Below, in pieces: positions 8,018 through 15,652 of a DNA stretch of 32,000 nucleotides; position 1 is the stretch's first letter, and every line of letters begins with the position of its first letter. The DNA is taken from assembly GCA_964605685.1 (NCBI GenBank), contig CAZSDX010000002.1, forward strand, positions 1 through 32,000, written 5' to 3'. The DNA is from an uncultured Polyangiaceae bacterium. Its GTDB lineage: Bacteria > Myxococcota_A > Polyangia > Polyangiales > Polyangiaceae. The position numbers were made by a program, and so were the translations under genes. The notes under the pieces are model-generated. The model saw only the letters and a program-made list of their open reading frames with translations, had not been told where the DNA came from and did not search any database.

Positions 8018-10069
8018 CTACTTCTTGTCGCTCACCACGATCCTCGCGTCCTCCCGGAAGAACTGATCGAGCTGGTCGAGCGCGTCAGGACGCAGCCGCA
8101 GATCGTTGTGCACCGGGTTCTCCTTGGGCGCCCCCACCGGGTCCTTGTAGACCTCCGGCGAGACGCCGAAGTCGTAGAGCGCGAAGGCGGAGCCCCCGAC
8201 CACCGGACCCGCCACCTGCGGCAGCCCGAAGACCGGCGAGGGCGTCGGGGTGATCTGCGGCAGACCGAGGAGCCTCGCATGGAGGAAGGACCCGGAGTTG
8301 GGCACCTGCACGTCCCCGATGCCCGCCTGCTGGAGTACGAGGCGGCCAGACGGGCTCCCCGGGAGCGGATCCGCAAGCACGTACCGGGCCCAGAAGGCCG
8401 GATCGATACGGTCGAAGAGAGGCTGCATCGAGGCGGCGTACTTCCGCTGGGTGAAGGGAGCCTTCATGCCGCCGCTCAGCAGCGCCAGGAAGCTGCCGAA
8501 GGGGCGCGCCCGGAACATCATCTGCGTCAGGCTGGCGCCACCGACGTTGAGGGCGATCCGGTCCAGGTCCGGGTTGAAGGCGGCCAGGGTGCCCCCGAGG
8601 ATATGCCCCTGGCTTATCCCCAGGAAGTACACCCGCGCCGCGTCGAACACCGGGGCCCCCGCGTTGCTGTTCCCCTGCGCGTCCTTCGAGGCGCCGGGCT
8701 GCCCGTCGGCGGGGCGACGGAAAGCCTCCTTGGTCGGGAACACGGAGCGCATCGCCGCGGTGACCACGGTCCAGTTGGCCATCGCCTGGTGCAGCCGATC
8801 GGTGAACAGCAGCGCGTGGCTCGGCTTGCCCACCAGGGCTTCCGCCACACCCCCGATATCCTCGCTGGACATGCCCCACCAGTCGATGGAGACGAAGATC
8901 ATCCCCAGGGTGTTCGCCATCCTGGTGCATGCGTCGCCGACGACCTCATCGCGGGTGCCGAAGAAGCCATGGCCGAAGGCGAGGGGACGCCCCGGGGCGA
9001 AGCCGTCCCGCACCGACCGGGGGACGCGGGCCACGTACTCCACCTGGGCCTCTCCCTTCTGGGCGACGCCCCCGTCGGAGCCCCGGTGCAGCGGGGAACC
9101 AGGCTTGTCGTCCTCGGTGAACAGCGGCACCTTCACCTTGCCCCGGATCGTCCGCCACACCTCCGGATCATCGGGGAGCTCCTCCACGGAGTCGACGGTG
9201 ACCTCCGGCGTGTTCCCCTGGAGCCAGGCCAGGGTCAGCTCCCGCACCCTGCGCAGGTCGCGCCCCGTCAGCTCGTCGCTCCCGGTGGTGAAATCCCAGG
9301 CCATCTGGAGCTCGGCGCGGTCGACCCCGAGCCTGGTGAGCGGCGGGAAGACCTGCTCCTCGTGGCGGGCCAGGAGCTGCGCCAGCTCCGGATCGTTGTC
9401 CCGGTCGCGGATCCGGCGAAACCCCTCTGGAGTCTTCGCCAGCGCGCCGTCCGGGCCCTTCACCCGGCGCACCGCGGCCACGTAGCGGTTCTTCTCCTTG
9501 AGCCCGACCAGCGGGGTGATGACCAGCGCCTGGCGCTCCGGACGATCGTCACGGATGTCCACGTCGACGAAGTGGGGGATGAGCTCCCCGGTGGCGGCGT
9601 CGACCAGCAGCGTGGGGCTGTCGAGGGTGGCGCTCCGCTCGTAGGGGTCGAGGATCTTGACCAGCCCCTCCAGGCTCACCGGGCTCCCCAGCAGCGTCAG
9701 CAGCGTGGGCGTCTTCGAGGCCCCGTCCGACGGCATCCAGTCGCTCACGTCGGCGCTCAGATCCTTGTCGTTGAGCAGCTTCCCGGCGCCCGTCGGCGCG
9801 TAGCGTACCCCCGAGGGCATCGAGGCGTCCGGCTGATCGTGGAACGAGGACGGATACGGCAGGAAGCAATCCTCGCCGCCCAGCAGAGGCTGACACCCGG
9901 CGGGCAGCCCCAGCGAGGCCACGACGGGCCGGGCGGCGGGCGCCTCCTCGTCGCCGTCGCCGCATCCGGCCAGGGAAACCAGGGAGACCGCCGGGGTCAG
10001 CGGCAAGAACGCCGCCAGCAGCGCAAGAGCTGCGGGGCGCCAGGGGGAGAGAGGGGCTCGGTGGGTCAT
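8018..10069 (-). CDS. alpha/beta-hydrolase-fold lipoprotein (putative esterase/lipase), function unknown
   Basis: 683-aa ORF. The N-terminus ALALLAAFLPLTPAVSLVSLAGCGDGDEE carries lipobox LAGC. There is a GxSxG nucleophile-elbow candidate, FLGISQGHILGG, and a possible oxyanion region, FGHGFFG. Specific function is not recognisable. Confidence 0.65.
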   Translation of the reverse strand: MTHRAPLSPWRPAALALLAAFLPLTPAVSLVSLAGCGDGDEEAPAARPVVASLGLPAGCQPLLGGEDCFLPYPSSFHDQPDASMPSGVRYAPTGAGKLLNDKDLSADVSDWMPSDGASKTPTLLTLLGSPVSLEGLVKILDPYERSATLDSPTLLVDAATGELIPHFVDVDIRDDRPERQALVITPLVGLKEKNRYVAAVRRVKGPDGALAKTPEGFRRIRDRDNDPELAQLLARHEEQVFPPLTRLGVDRAELQMAWDFTTGSDELTGRDLRRVRELTLAWLQGNTPEVTVDSVEELPDDPEVWRTIRGKVKVPLFTEDDKPGSPLHRGSDGGVAQKGEAQVEYVARVPRSVRDGFAPGRPLAFGHGFFGTRDEVVGDACTRMANTLGMIFVSIDWWGMSSEDIGGVAEALVGKPSHALLFTDRLHQAMANWTVVTAAMRSVFPTKEAFRRPADGQPGASKDAQGNSNAGAPVFDAARVYFLGISQGHILGGTLAAFNPDLDRIALNVGGASLTQMMFRARPFGSFLALLSGGMKAPFTQRKYAASMQPLFDRIDPAFWARYVLADPLPGSPSGRLVLQQAGIGDVQVPNSGSFLHARLLGLPQITPTPSPVFGLPQVAGPVVGGSAFALYDFGVSPEVYKDPVGAPKENPVHNDLRLRPDALDQLDQFFREDARIVVSDKK

Positions 10070-10113
10070 GGTCGCTTGCCCTCCAGCGTAGTAGGAACTC
10101 CCCGAGGTTGCCC

Positions 10114-11247
10114 ATGTCCGAGACCCCTTCCCGTCCCGATTCTCCCGGCGCCGACGCGCGCCCTGGCCTGCCCCCGGTCGACGTCAACGAGTACGGAGGC
10201 AAGCGCAACGGCGAGCGACAGACCCTCAACCGCCGCCTGTTCTTCCAGCTCCTGGTGTTCCGCTCCGATCGAGACGGCAGCCACCTGGCCGCCGAGGTGA
10301 TCCAGCGGCTGCGGGCCGCGGAGGTCCCGGGGGTCGTCTACGCCGACACCATGGACCCGCGCGGCTTCGGGCTGCTCACCTGGAGCGAGGCGCCGGAGCA
10401 CTTCGTCCAGCGGGTCCGCCCCCTGTTCTCCACCGTCCTCAAGGACGCCGAGCTACGCCCCGACTTCGCCATGATTGGCCGCACCTACAGCTCGGGCCAC
10501 GAGCCGGACCTGGAGCACTGGCTCCTCAGGCGCCCGGTGGAGAACGTCACCAAGGCCGCGTACCCCTGGCACGTCTGGTACCCGCTGCGGCGCATCGGCC
10601 CCTTCAACCGGATCGACCCCCACGAGCAGGCGACCATCATGCGCGAGCATGCCGCCCTCGGCATGGCCTACGGCCAGCAGGAGCTGGCCCACGACGTCCG
10701 CCTCGCCTGCCACGGCCTCGACGCCTCGGACAACGAGTTCGTCATCGGCCTCGTTGGCCCCGAACTTCACCCCCTCTCTCACCTGGTCCAGGCGATGCGC
10801 AAGACCCGGCAGACCGCCGAATTCATCGCCCACATGGGCCCCTTCTTCGTCGGCCACGTCCTGGCGCGCACCGCCGGGTTATTTCATACCCCAACCGGCC
10901 CATCCGGGAGCGAGGGACCGGGAGGGGGGAGGTCCTTGGCGGCCCGCGCCGCCCTGTCCTCCTCGGGCGACACTCGCTCGTCGCGGTTGGTGTCCACCGC
11001 CTTCATCAGCAGGTCGACGGTGATGGGGGAGGCAGGCTCGCTGGTGCGGCGGGCCACCGCGAGGGCGATCTCCTCGCGGCCCAGCGACCCGTCCCTGTCC
11101 AGATCCATCCGCTCGAAGGGATCGAGCTGGGCCCAGAAGGAACGCGCAAAGGCGTCCAGCAGCGCCACCTTGGCCTCGCGCCCGCTCCCCGGCGGAGGGA
11201 TGCACTCCGGATGCTCCCGGGCGAAGCGCACCAGCGGCTCGATGTGA
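10114..11247 (+). CDS. chlorite dismutase-family (Cld/ChdC-like) protein; 3' end doubtful
   Basis: Family-like blocks are PWHVWYPLRR, ATIMREHAALGMAYG, GLDASDNEFVIGLVGPELHPLSHLVQAMRKTRQTAEF and GPFFVGHVL. The ATG at 10114 is preferred to the TTG at 10108. Homology-like sequence stops near 10870, but no stop codon occurs until 11247. The last ~120 codons are antisense to the next gene. Confidence 0.65.
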   Translation: MSETPSRPDSPGADARPGLPPVDVNEYGGKRNGERQTLNRRLFFQLLVFRSDRDGSHLAAEVIQRLRAAEVPGVVYADTMDPRGFGLLTWSEAPEHFVQRVRPLFSTVLKDAELRPDFAMIGRTYSSGHEPDLEHWLLRRPVENVTKAAYPWHVWYPLRRIGPFNRIDPHEQATIMREHAALGMAYGQQELAHDVRLACHGLDASDNEFVIGLVGPELHPLSHLVQAMRKTRQTAEFIAHMGPFFVGHVLARTAGLFHTPTGPSGSEGPGGGRSLAARAALSSSGDTRSSRLVSTAFISRSTVMGEAGSLVRRATARAISSRPSDPSLSRSIRSKGSSWAQKERAKASSSATLASRPLPGGGMHSGCSRAKRTSGSM

Positions 11248-12533
11248 TCCATCCCGAAGAACAGGTTGCGCACCAGGGCGACGCGGTAGCTCCGCTCCTC
11301 GTCCAGGGGCGCCCCGGCGACCTCGACGATACGGTGAGCGCCGAGGTCCATGCGGGTCCGGTCATCCACCTGGAGGAAGCCCCCGGAGACCCCCCGGGAT
11401 CGGGAAAAATCCACCGCCTCCCGGAGCACCGCGCCGGGGAGCCTCGCCACCACGATCTCGTTGTCGAAGGGTACCTCCGCCTTGAGGTCGCCGTAGGTGA
11501 AGCGCCGCTCGTAGTCGCGCCCCGCCCGGATGCCTCCGCCGTTGAAGAGGGCCACCTCCGCGTCCAGGGCGTCCCGGAGCCGGGAGCAGAGCAGCTCCCC
11601 CAGGGAGGTCTGCCGCTCCCGGGTGCCGACGGAGGAGAGCGTCTGCCCCGGGTCGAGCACCAGCAGCGTCGCGGCCTCCAGCTCCCGCACTGCCTTCATG
11701 TGGCCGTCGACGCGGGCCCGGAGCGGTGCATCCTCCTCGAAATCGGCCACGTCGAGCAGGCGCACCTGGACCTCCGGAAGATCCGGCGCCCCGGCCTCCG
11801 GAGCCTCCTCCGGCCACCGCAGGTCGACCACCGCCGCATGCACCGCGTCGGATCCGGCCTTGACCAGCCAGGTGGCCCCGATCTGCTCCAGGAAGACCGC
11901 ATGCTCGTGGCCCCCGATCAGCACCGGAAAGGGAGGGCTCGCCTGGGCCCGGATCAGGGCGCGATCCGAGGCGATATCCTGGTGGGTGAAGGGGATGACG
12001 CAGGCGCAGCCCTCCCGCTCCACGAGCCGGGCGGCGGTGCAGAGCGCGGTCTCGTTCGCCGGGAGCAGCGGGAACCCGCCGAAGGGTCGCCCGCGGTAGA
12101 TCGTCGGATCATGCATCACCACGCCCAGCAGGCCCACCCGCACCGGGCGCTTGTCGCCGCCGCCGAGGTGCAGGATCTGGGTCGCGGGGAGCGGCGGGTC
12201 GAAGCCGAGGTTGGTGGAGAGCCACGTCCCCCGGAACTCCCGGACTCGCTCCTGCAAGGCATCGATGGGCAGGTCATCCTCGTGGTTGCCGAAGATGACG
12301 TGGGTGATCGGCACCGCGTTCATGCAGTCGATCATGCCCCGCCCGAGATCGAGGCTGGACAGCAGGCTCGGGGAGACAAAATCACCCGCCAGCGACACCA
12401 GCAGCAGGTCCGCCGGATCCTCCTCCGCGGCCCGGAGCACCAGCGTCCTCAGCCGGGGGAAGTTTTCCAGGATGTACACGTCGTTGACGCAGATGATCCG
12501 GAGGGAAGGCCCCCGCGTCGTTGCGGTGCGCAT
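10884..12533 (-). CDS. calcineurin-like metallophosphoesterase / 5'-nucleotidase-family protein with a C-terminal EF-hand pair
   Basis: Metallophosphoesterase motifs are ICVNDVY, LAGDFVSPS, FGNHEDD and IGGHEH. The C-terminus carries a canonical EF-hand loop DLDRDGSLGREE and a second loop DTNRDERVSPEE. Confidence 0.8.
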   Translation of the reverse strand: MRTATTRGPSLRIICVNDVYILENFPRLRTLVLRAAEEDPADLLLVSLAGDFVSPSLLSSLDLGRGMIDCMNAVPITHVIFGNHEDDLPIDALQERVREFRGTWLSTNLGFDPPLPATQILHLGGGDKRPVRVGLLGVVMHDPTIYRGRPFGGFPLLPANETALCTAARLVEREGCACVIPFTHQDIASDRALIRAQASPPFPVLIGGHEHAVFLEQIGATWLVKAGSDAVHAAVVDLRWPEEAPEAGAPDLPEVQVRLLDVADFEEDAPLRARVDGHMKAVRELEAATLLVLDPGQTLSSVGTRERQTSLGELLCSRLRDALDAEVALFNGGGIRAGRDYERRFTYGDLKAEVPFDNEIVVARLPGAVLREAVDFSRSRGVSGGFLQVDDRTRMDLGAHRIVEVAGAPLDEERSYRVALVRNLFFGMDHIEPLVRFAREHPECIPPPGSGREAKVALLDAFARSFWAQLDPFERMDLDRDGSLGREEIALAVARRTSEPASPITVDLLMKAVDTNRDERVSPEEDRAARAAKDLPPPGPSLPDGPVGV

Positions 12534-12582
12534 GGCGGGAGTTTGGTCGGCGCGCTCCGTCGATACAAGAGGGTCCTCGCCC

Positions 12583-13533
12583 TCAGCGGGGACGCAGCCC
12601 TTGCAGGACCAGCTCCGGGCGATCCGTCTGGAGCACGTCCAGGCCGGTGGCCCACACCTCGTCGTAGAGCGCCACGTTTCCCTGAATTCCTGCGGAAAAA
12701 TCGATCAAAAAGGCGTCCGTGAAGGCCCGGTGCCCCGCCTCGTGGATCCTCGGCACCAGGGCCTTCAGATCGCCGTCGCCGCGGATCTCCACCAGCACCG
12801 GGGGGTGCGCCGCGAACCGCCCCAGCTCGTCCGCCAGCTCCTGCTCGCTGGCCACCCGGATCATCGTGTGCAACCTCGGCTCGATGGCCAGCGCCTGCTC
12901 GATCTTCTCCGGGCTGTCGGTGTCGAAGATCGCCCAGTCGAGCGTGTCCGTCGCCCGCACCACCTCCACCAGCCCCGCCACGTCCCCGGTCTTGTTCGCG
13001 TCCAGCAGCACGTGCACCCGCCCCCGCGCCGCCAGCAGGATCTCCTCGATGGTAGCGATGCGCTCGCAGGAGAAATCCCCGGGGAATTTCCCCGTCCTTA
13101 GCGGCAGCGCCCTCAGCTCCTCCAGCGTCATCTCGGCCACCTCGCCCTTGCCCTCGGCCACCCGCGCCACGTCCGTGTCGTGGACGTTGACCAGCACCCC
13201 GTCGGCGGTGCTCCGCGGATCCGTCTCGACGAACTCGATCCCCAGGGCGATCGCCGCCCGCACCGCCGACACGGTGTTCTCCGGGGTCAGCACGCCAAGG
13301 TCACCGCCGACCCCCCTGTGGCCGCAGACCATTTTTTGTCGGCAGCTCCGGTCCGTGGCGCAGGAGGCGGGCACCGGGCTGGCCCGCTCCGGGAGGGTCG
13401 CGGCGCGGCAGTCGTAGACCTCCGGCGGCGGAGGCCAAGGGGCGGCGGGCGGCGGGTCCGCGGGCGGCGGGTCCGCGGGCGAACAGGCGAGGAGCGGCAG
13501 GAGCGCGAGGAGCACCCCGGCGAGGCGGAACAT
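12583..13533 (-). CDS. glycerophosphodiester phosphodiesterase (GDPD) family lipoprotein
   Basis: GDPD motifs are VCGHRGV, PENT, EFVETD and NVHDTD. The ATG at 13533 gives MFRLAGVLLALLPLLAC (lipobox). The ORF-track extension to 13686 lacks a signal peptide. Confidence 0.8.
   Translation of the reverse strand: MFRLAGVLLALLPLLACSPADPPPADPPPAAPWPPPPEVYDCRAATLPERASPVPASCATDRSCRQKMVCGHRGVGGDLGVLTPENTVSAVRAAIALGIEFVETDPRSTADGVLVNVHDTDVARVAEGKGEVAEMTLEELRALPLRTGKFPGDFSCERIATIEEILLAARGRVHVLLDANKTGDVAGLVEVVRATDTLDWAIFDTDSPEKIEQALAIEPRLHTMIRVASEQELADELGRFAAHPPVLVEIRGDGDLKALVPRIHEAGHRAFTDAFLIDFSAGIQGNVALYDEVWATGLDVLQTDRPELVLQGLRPR
13448..13477. repeat. perfect 15-bp tandem duplication (GGCGGCGGGTCCGCG x2) inside the GDPD linker
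   Basis: Read directly from the sequence. On the minus strand it encodes ADPPP-ADPPP immediately after the lipobox Cys. Confidence 0.9.
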
Positions 13534-13861
13534 GACCGGACGATACCCGGGGGAACCCGTCCGCGCGAGGCCCGAGGGAGGGCCGTGCGGCGCTTCGGCG
13601 CCCTCATCAGGGGTCTGTCCGCCATTCTTCCGGGGGTCCGTCCGAGGCGGTTGGGGAAGGGGACGCCGGCGGAAGGGACCGCACATTTCTCGGCTCTTCG
13701 TTGGGGTCGAACGAGACTCCCAGGGGGCAACCCGGGCAGGTTGCGCCCGCTACCCACTCCTCCGCCAACAAGGGCGGACAGTCCCTAGACCCGACGTGGG
13801 TTTTACGTGACACCAACCCCCTGCCACTTCTCAACTATCCGGGGTGACTTGTGGGTCAGTG

Positions 13862-13997
13862 GGCCTTGTTCAGATCCCCGTCCACGAAGCTCGTCCACGT
13901 CCACGTCCACGAAGCTCGTCCACGGCCACGAAGCTCGTCCACGTCCACGTGGACGGGAACCGTGGCCGTGGACGTGGACGGCCTTGTGAACAAGGCC
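13862..13997. mobile_element. 136-bp MITE-like non-coding element: 11-bp perfect terminal inverted repeats, flanking 8-bp direct duplication, internal hexamer array
   Basis: GGCCTTGTTCA (13862-13872) is the exact reverse complement of TGAACAAGGCC (13987-13997). GGTCAGTG abuts both ends directly (13854-13861 and 13998-14005). The interior is 7x GTCCAC plus GGCCAC, then 3x GTGGAC plus GTGGCC, with a CACGTG centre at 13946-13951. An 18-nt unit, CCACGAAGCTCGTCCACG, occurs three times (13882, 13907, 13926). Confidence 0.55.
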
Positions 13998-14086
13998 GGT
14001 CAGTGCGAGGAACTTGGGGTTCAAAGCCTCTGATTCAGCAGGTTTTCCCAGCGAGCCGCTCGTTGTGGAGGGTGGCTGGCCTTGGG

Positions 14087-14167
14087 CTGCCCCGGATTTT
14101 GAGAAGCGGCGAGGGAAGTGGTGTCATGAAAGACCTCGCCCCGGTTCTGCCCCGAATTCTTGAGAAG
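14087..14167. repeat. pair of ~20-bp direct repeats, 60 bp apart, upstream of the ATPase gene (possible operator or promoter duplication)
   Basis: CTGCCCCGGATTTTGAGAAG (14087-14106) versus CTGCCCCGAATTCTTGAGAAG (14147-14167). They differ by one substitution and one 1-nt indel. Confidence 0.6.
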
Positions 14168-14279
14168 ATACCCGTGTTTTTCCGTAGGTGCCCCGCCATC
14201 GGAGCGGGCCACCCTCTGCTTGCGCTGGGGCGACGAGATGGCCCACAATCCAGCGCTCCGAGGGGCGAGAGAGACACCT

Positions 14280-15652
14280 ATGAGCAGCGAACCTATTCGA
14301 GAAAATCCCGGGGATCAGGGTCGACCTGGGCATCGCCCTGCCCCCCGCGCCCCCACGATCACGGAGCTCTCCGTCGCCGGGTTCAAGTCGATCCGAGACG
14401 AGATCAAGCTCTCCATCCGACCGTTGACGGTGTTGGCGGGGGCCAATAGCTCTGGAAAAACCAGCCTGCTCCAGCCGCTCTTGCTGCTGAAGCAGACCGT
14501 AGAGGCTCCCTACGACCCGGGGCCTTTGTTGCTGAACGGTCCTCACGTCGCCTTCCAGCAAGTCCGGGAGATCATCCCCCATTGCTGGAGAGAAGAGCGA
14601 TCCTCCGTGATGGATCTGGGCATCCGTGCGGACCCGTTCCACATCGCGGCGAGCTTCAGGCTCACGCCCGATGTACCTCCGGGGGTTGAGCTTCTTTACA
14701 AGGGAGAATTCGACGAGATCCTCCGACAGTTTCGGACGCAAGGGCTCGGGGAGAAGCTCGATCTGACCCCCAAGAAGAACCGATTTCTCTGGAATCTACC
14801 TGTCAACAGTGCCCAGTTCGCGGTGCTGGCTGCGCTCGGAGCCGTTTCCGCGGCGACCGACGCCGGGGCGATCTCGCGAGCCGGCGACACGGCGGAGCTG
14901 GCTGCGATGGCAAACCTGGCGTACCTGAACGAAATTCGTGGGGGAATACTTCCGTGGTGCCTCCACCTCCCGGGTCTCCGGGGGAGGCCAGAGCGGGCTT
15001 ACCCGCTCACCGTGGCGGGCCCCCTCTTTCCGGGCCCTTTCCCGTCCTATACCGCGAGCGTGATCGCCGGCTGGCAGCGCGGTCAGGCCCAGGAATTGAC
15101 GGCAACACGCGAAGATCTGGTGGCCCTCAGGCTGACCTCGACCGTCGAGGCCATCCAGATCAACGACACCCAGGTTTCGCTGCGGGTCGGGCGGCTGGTC
15201 ACCGGGAGGGGGGCCACAGAGCTTGTGGACATCTCGGACGTGGGTGTCGGGGTGTCCCAGGTGTTGCCGGTGATCGTGGCGCTCCACGCGGCGGCACCGG
15301 GAGCGCTGGTGTACATCGAGCAACCCGAACTCCATCTTCACCCCGGGGCTCAGCTGGCGCTGGCAGGGGTACTAGTGAGCGCGCTCAAGCGAGGGATCCG
15401 GCTGGTGATCGAGACCCATAGCAGCCTTCTCCTGACGGGCCTCCAGACCGAGGTGGCCGAGGGGAGGCTCGCCCCTGGAGATGTGAATCTCTCGTGGTCG
15501 AACGAGACGACGAAGGCTGGACGACGGTGCGACGCGCAGACTTGCAACAAGACGGAACGTTCGGAGAATGGCCCGTTGACTTCGACGAGGTGCAGCTCGA
15601 GGCGGGGCGTCGCTTCCTGGATGCCCTCGACCAAAAACATGGAGACGCCTGA
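14280..15652 (+). CDS. ABC/SMC-like AAA_15/AAA_21-type ATPase with a DUF3696-like C-terminal module; needs a -1 frame change near 15489-15505 (pseudogene or sequencing error)
   Basis: Walker A is LAGANSSGKTS, the Walker B/D-loop block is LVYIEQPELHLHP, and the H-loop is VIETHSS. After ...GDVNLSW the original frame degenerates. The -1 frame reads LVVERDDEGWTTVRRADLQQDGTFGEWPVDFDEVQLEAGRRFLDALDQKHGDA and stops at TGA 15650-15652. The span is 1373 nt (3n+2). The start at ATG 14280 is a best guess; 14160 and 14238 are alternatives. Confidence 0.7.

Noticed and set aside
8014-8020. Convergent stop codons of the MglA-like gene (TAA 8014-8016) and the hydrolase (complement of 8018-8020) only 1 nt apart; rarA and the OMP gene likewise overlap by 13 nt at 26249-26261
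   Set aside because: This is notable because no room is left for terminators. However, tail-to-tail abutment is common in compact GC-rich genomes and I see no additional structure there.
8108-10300. 730-aa plus-strand ORF, plus similar large alternate-frame ORFs (11211..12722 +, 15956..17443 -, 20446..21837 -, 22750..24879 -, 24066..25946 -, 28999..30189 -)
   Set aside because: Each is antisense to or out of frame with a gene that has clear family motifs. All have the Arg/Gly/Pro/His-rich composition of GC-driven open frames.
13690-13860. tRNA or tRNA-fragment attachment site next to the islet (GGGGTCGAACGAGACTCCC resembles a T-arm)
   Set aside because: I could not build a T-stem/T-loop (GTTCGAATC-type) or an acceptor stem on either strand. 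There is no cloverleaf.
13880-13979. Possible CRISPR array
   Set aside because: The repeat unit is only 6 nt (18 nt at most). There are no unique spacers of ~30 nt and the right half is the inverted complement of the left. This is a palindromic repeat element, not CRISPR.
13807-14033. Short ORFs across the hexamer array (13807..13989, 13851..14033, 13803..14024 -, start of 13844..14449) encoding STSTS / VHVHVH / RPRPR runs
   Set aside because: These are simply translations of the GTCCAC/GTGGAC repeats in several frames on both strands. None has a start context or codon bias.
14077-14090. Sigma-54-like TGGCCTTGGGCTGC upstream of the ATPase
   Set aside because: GG-to-GC spacing is 9 nt, not 10. 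The -12 element is CTGC, not TTGC. The match is too weak to call.
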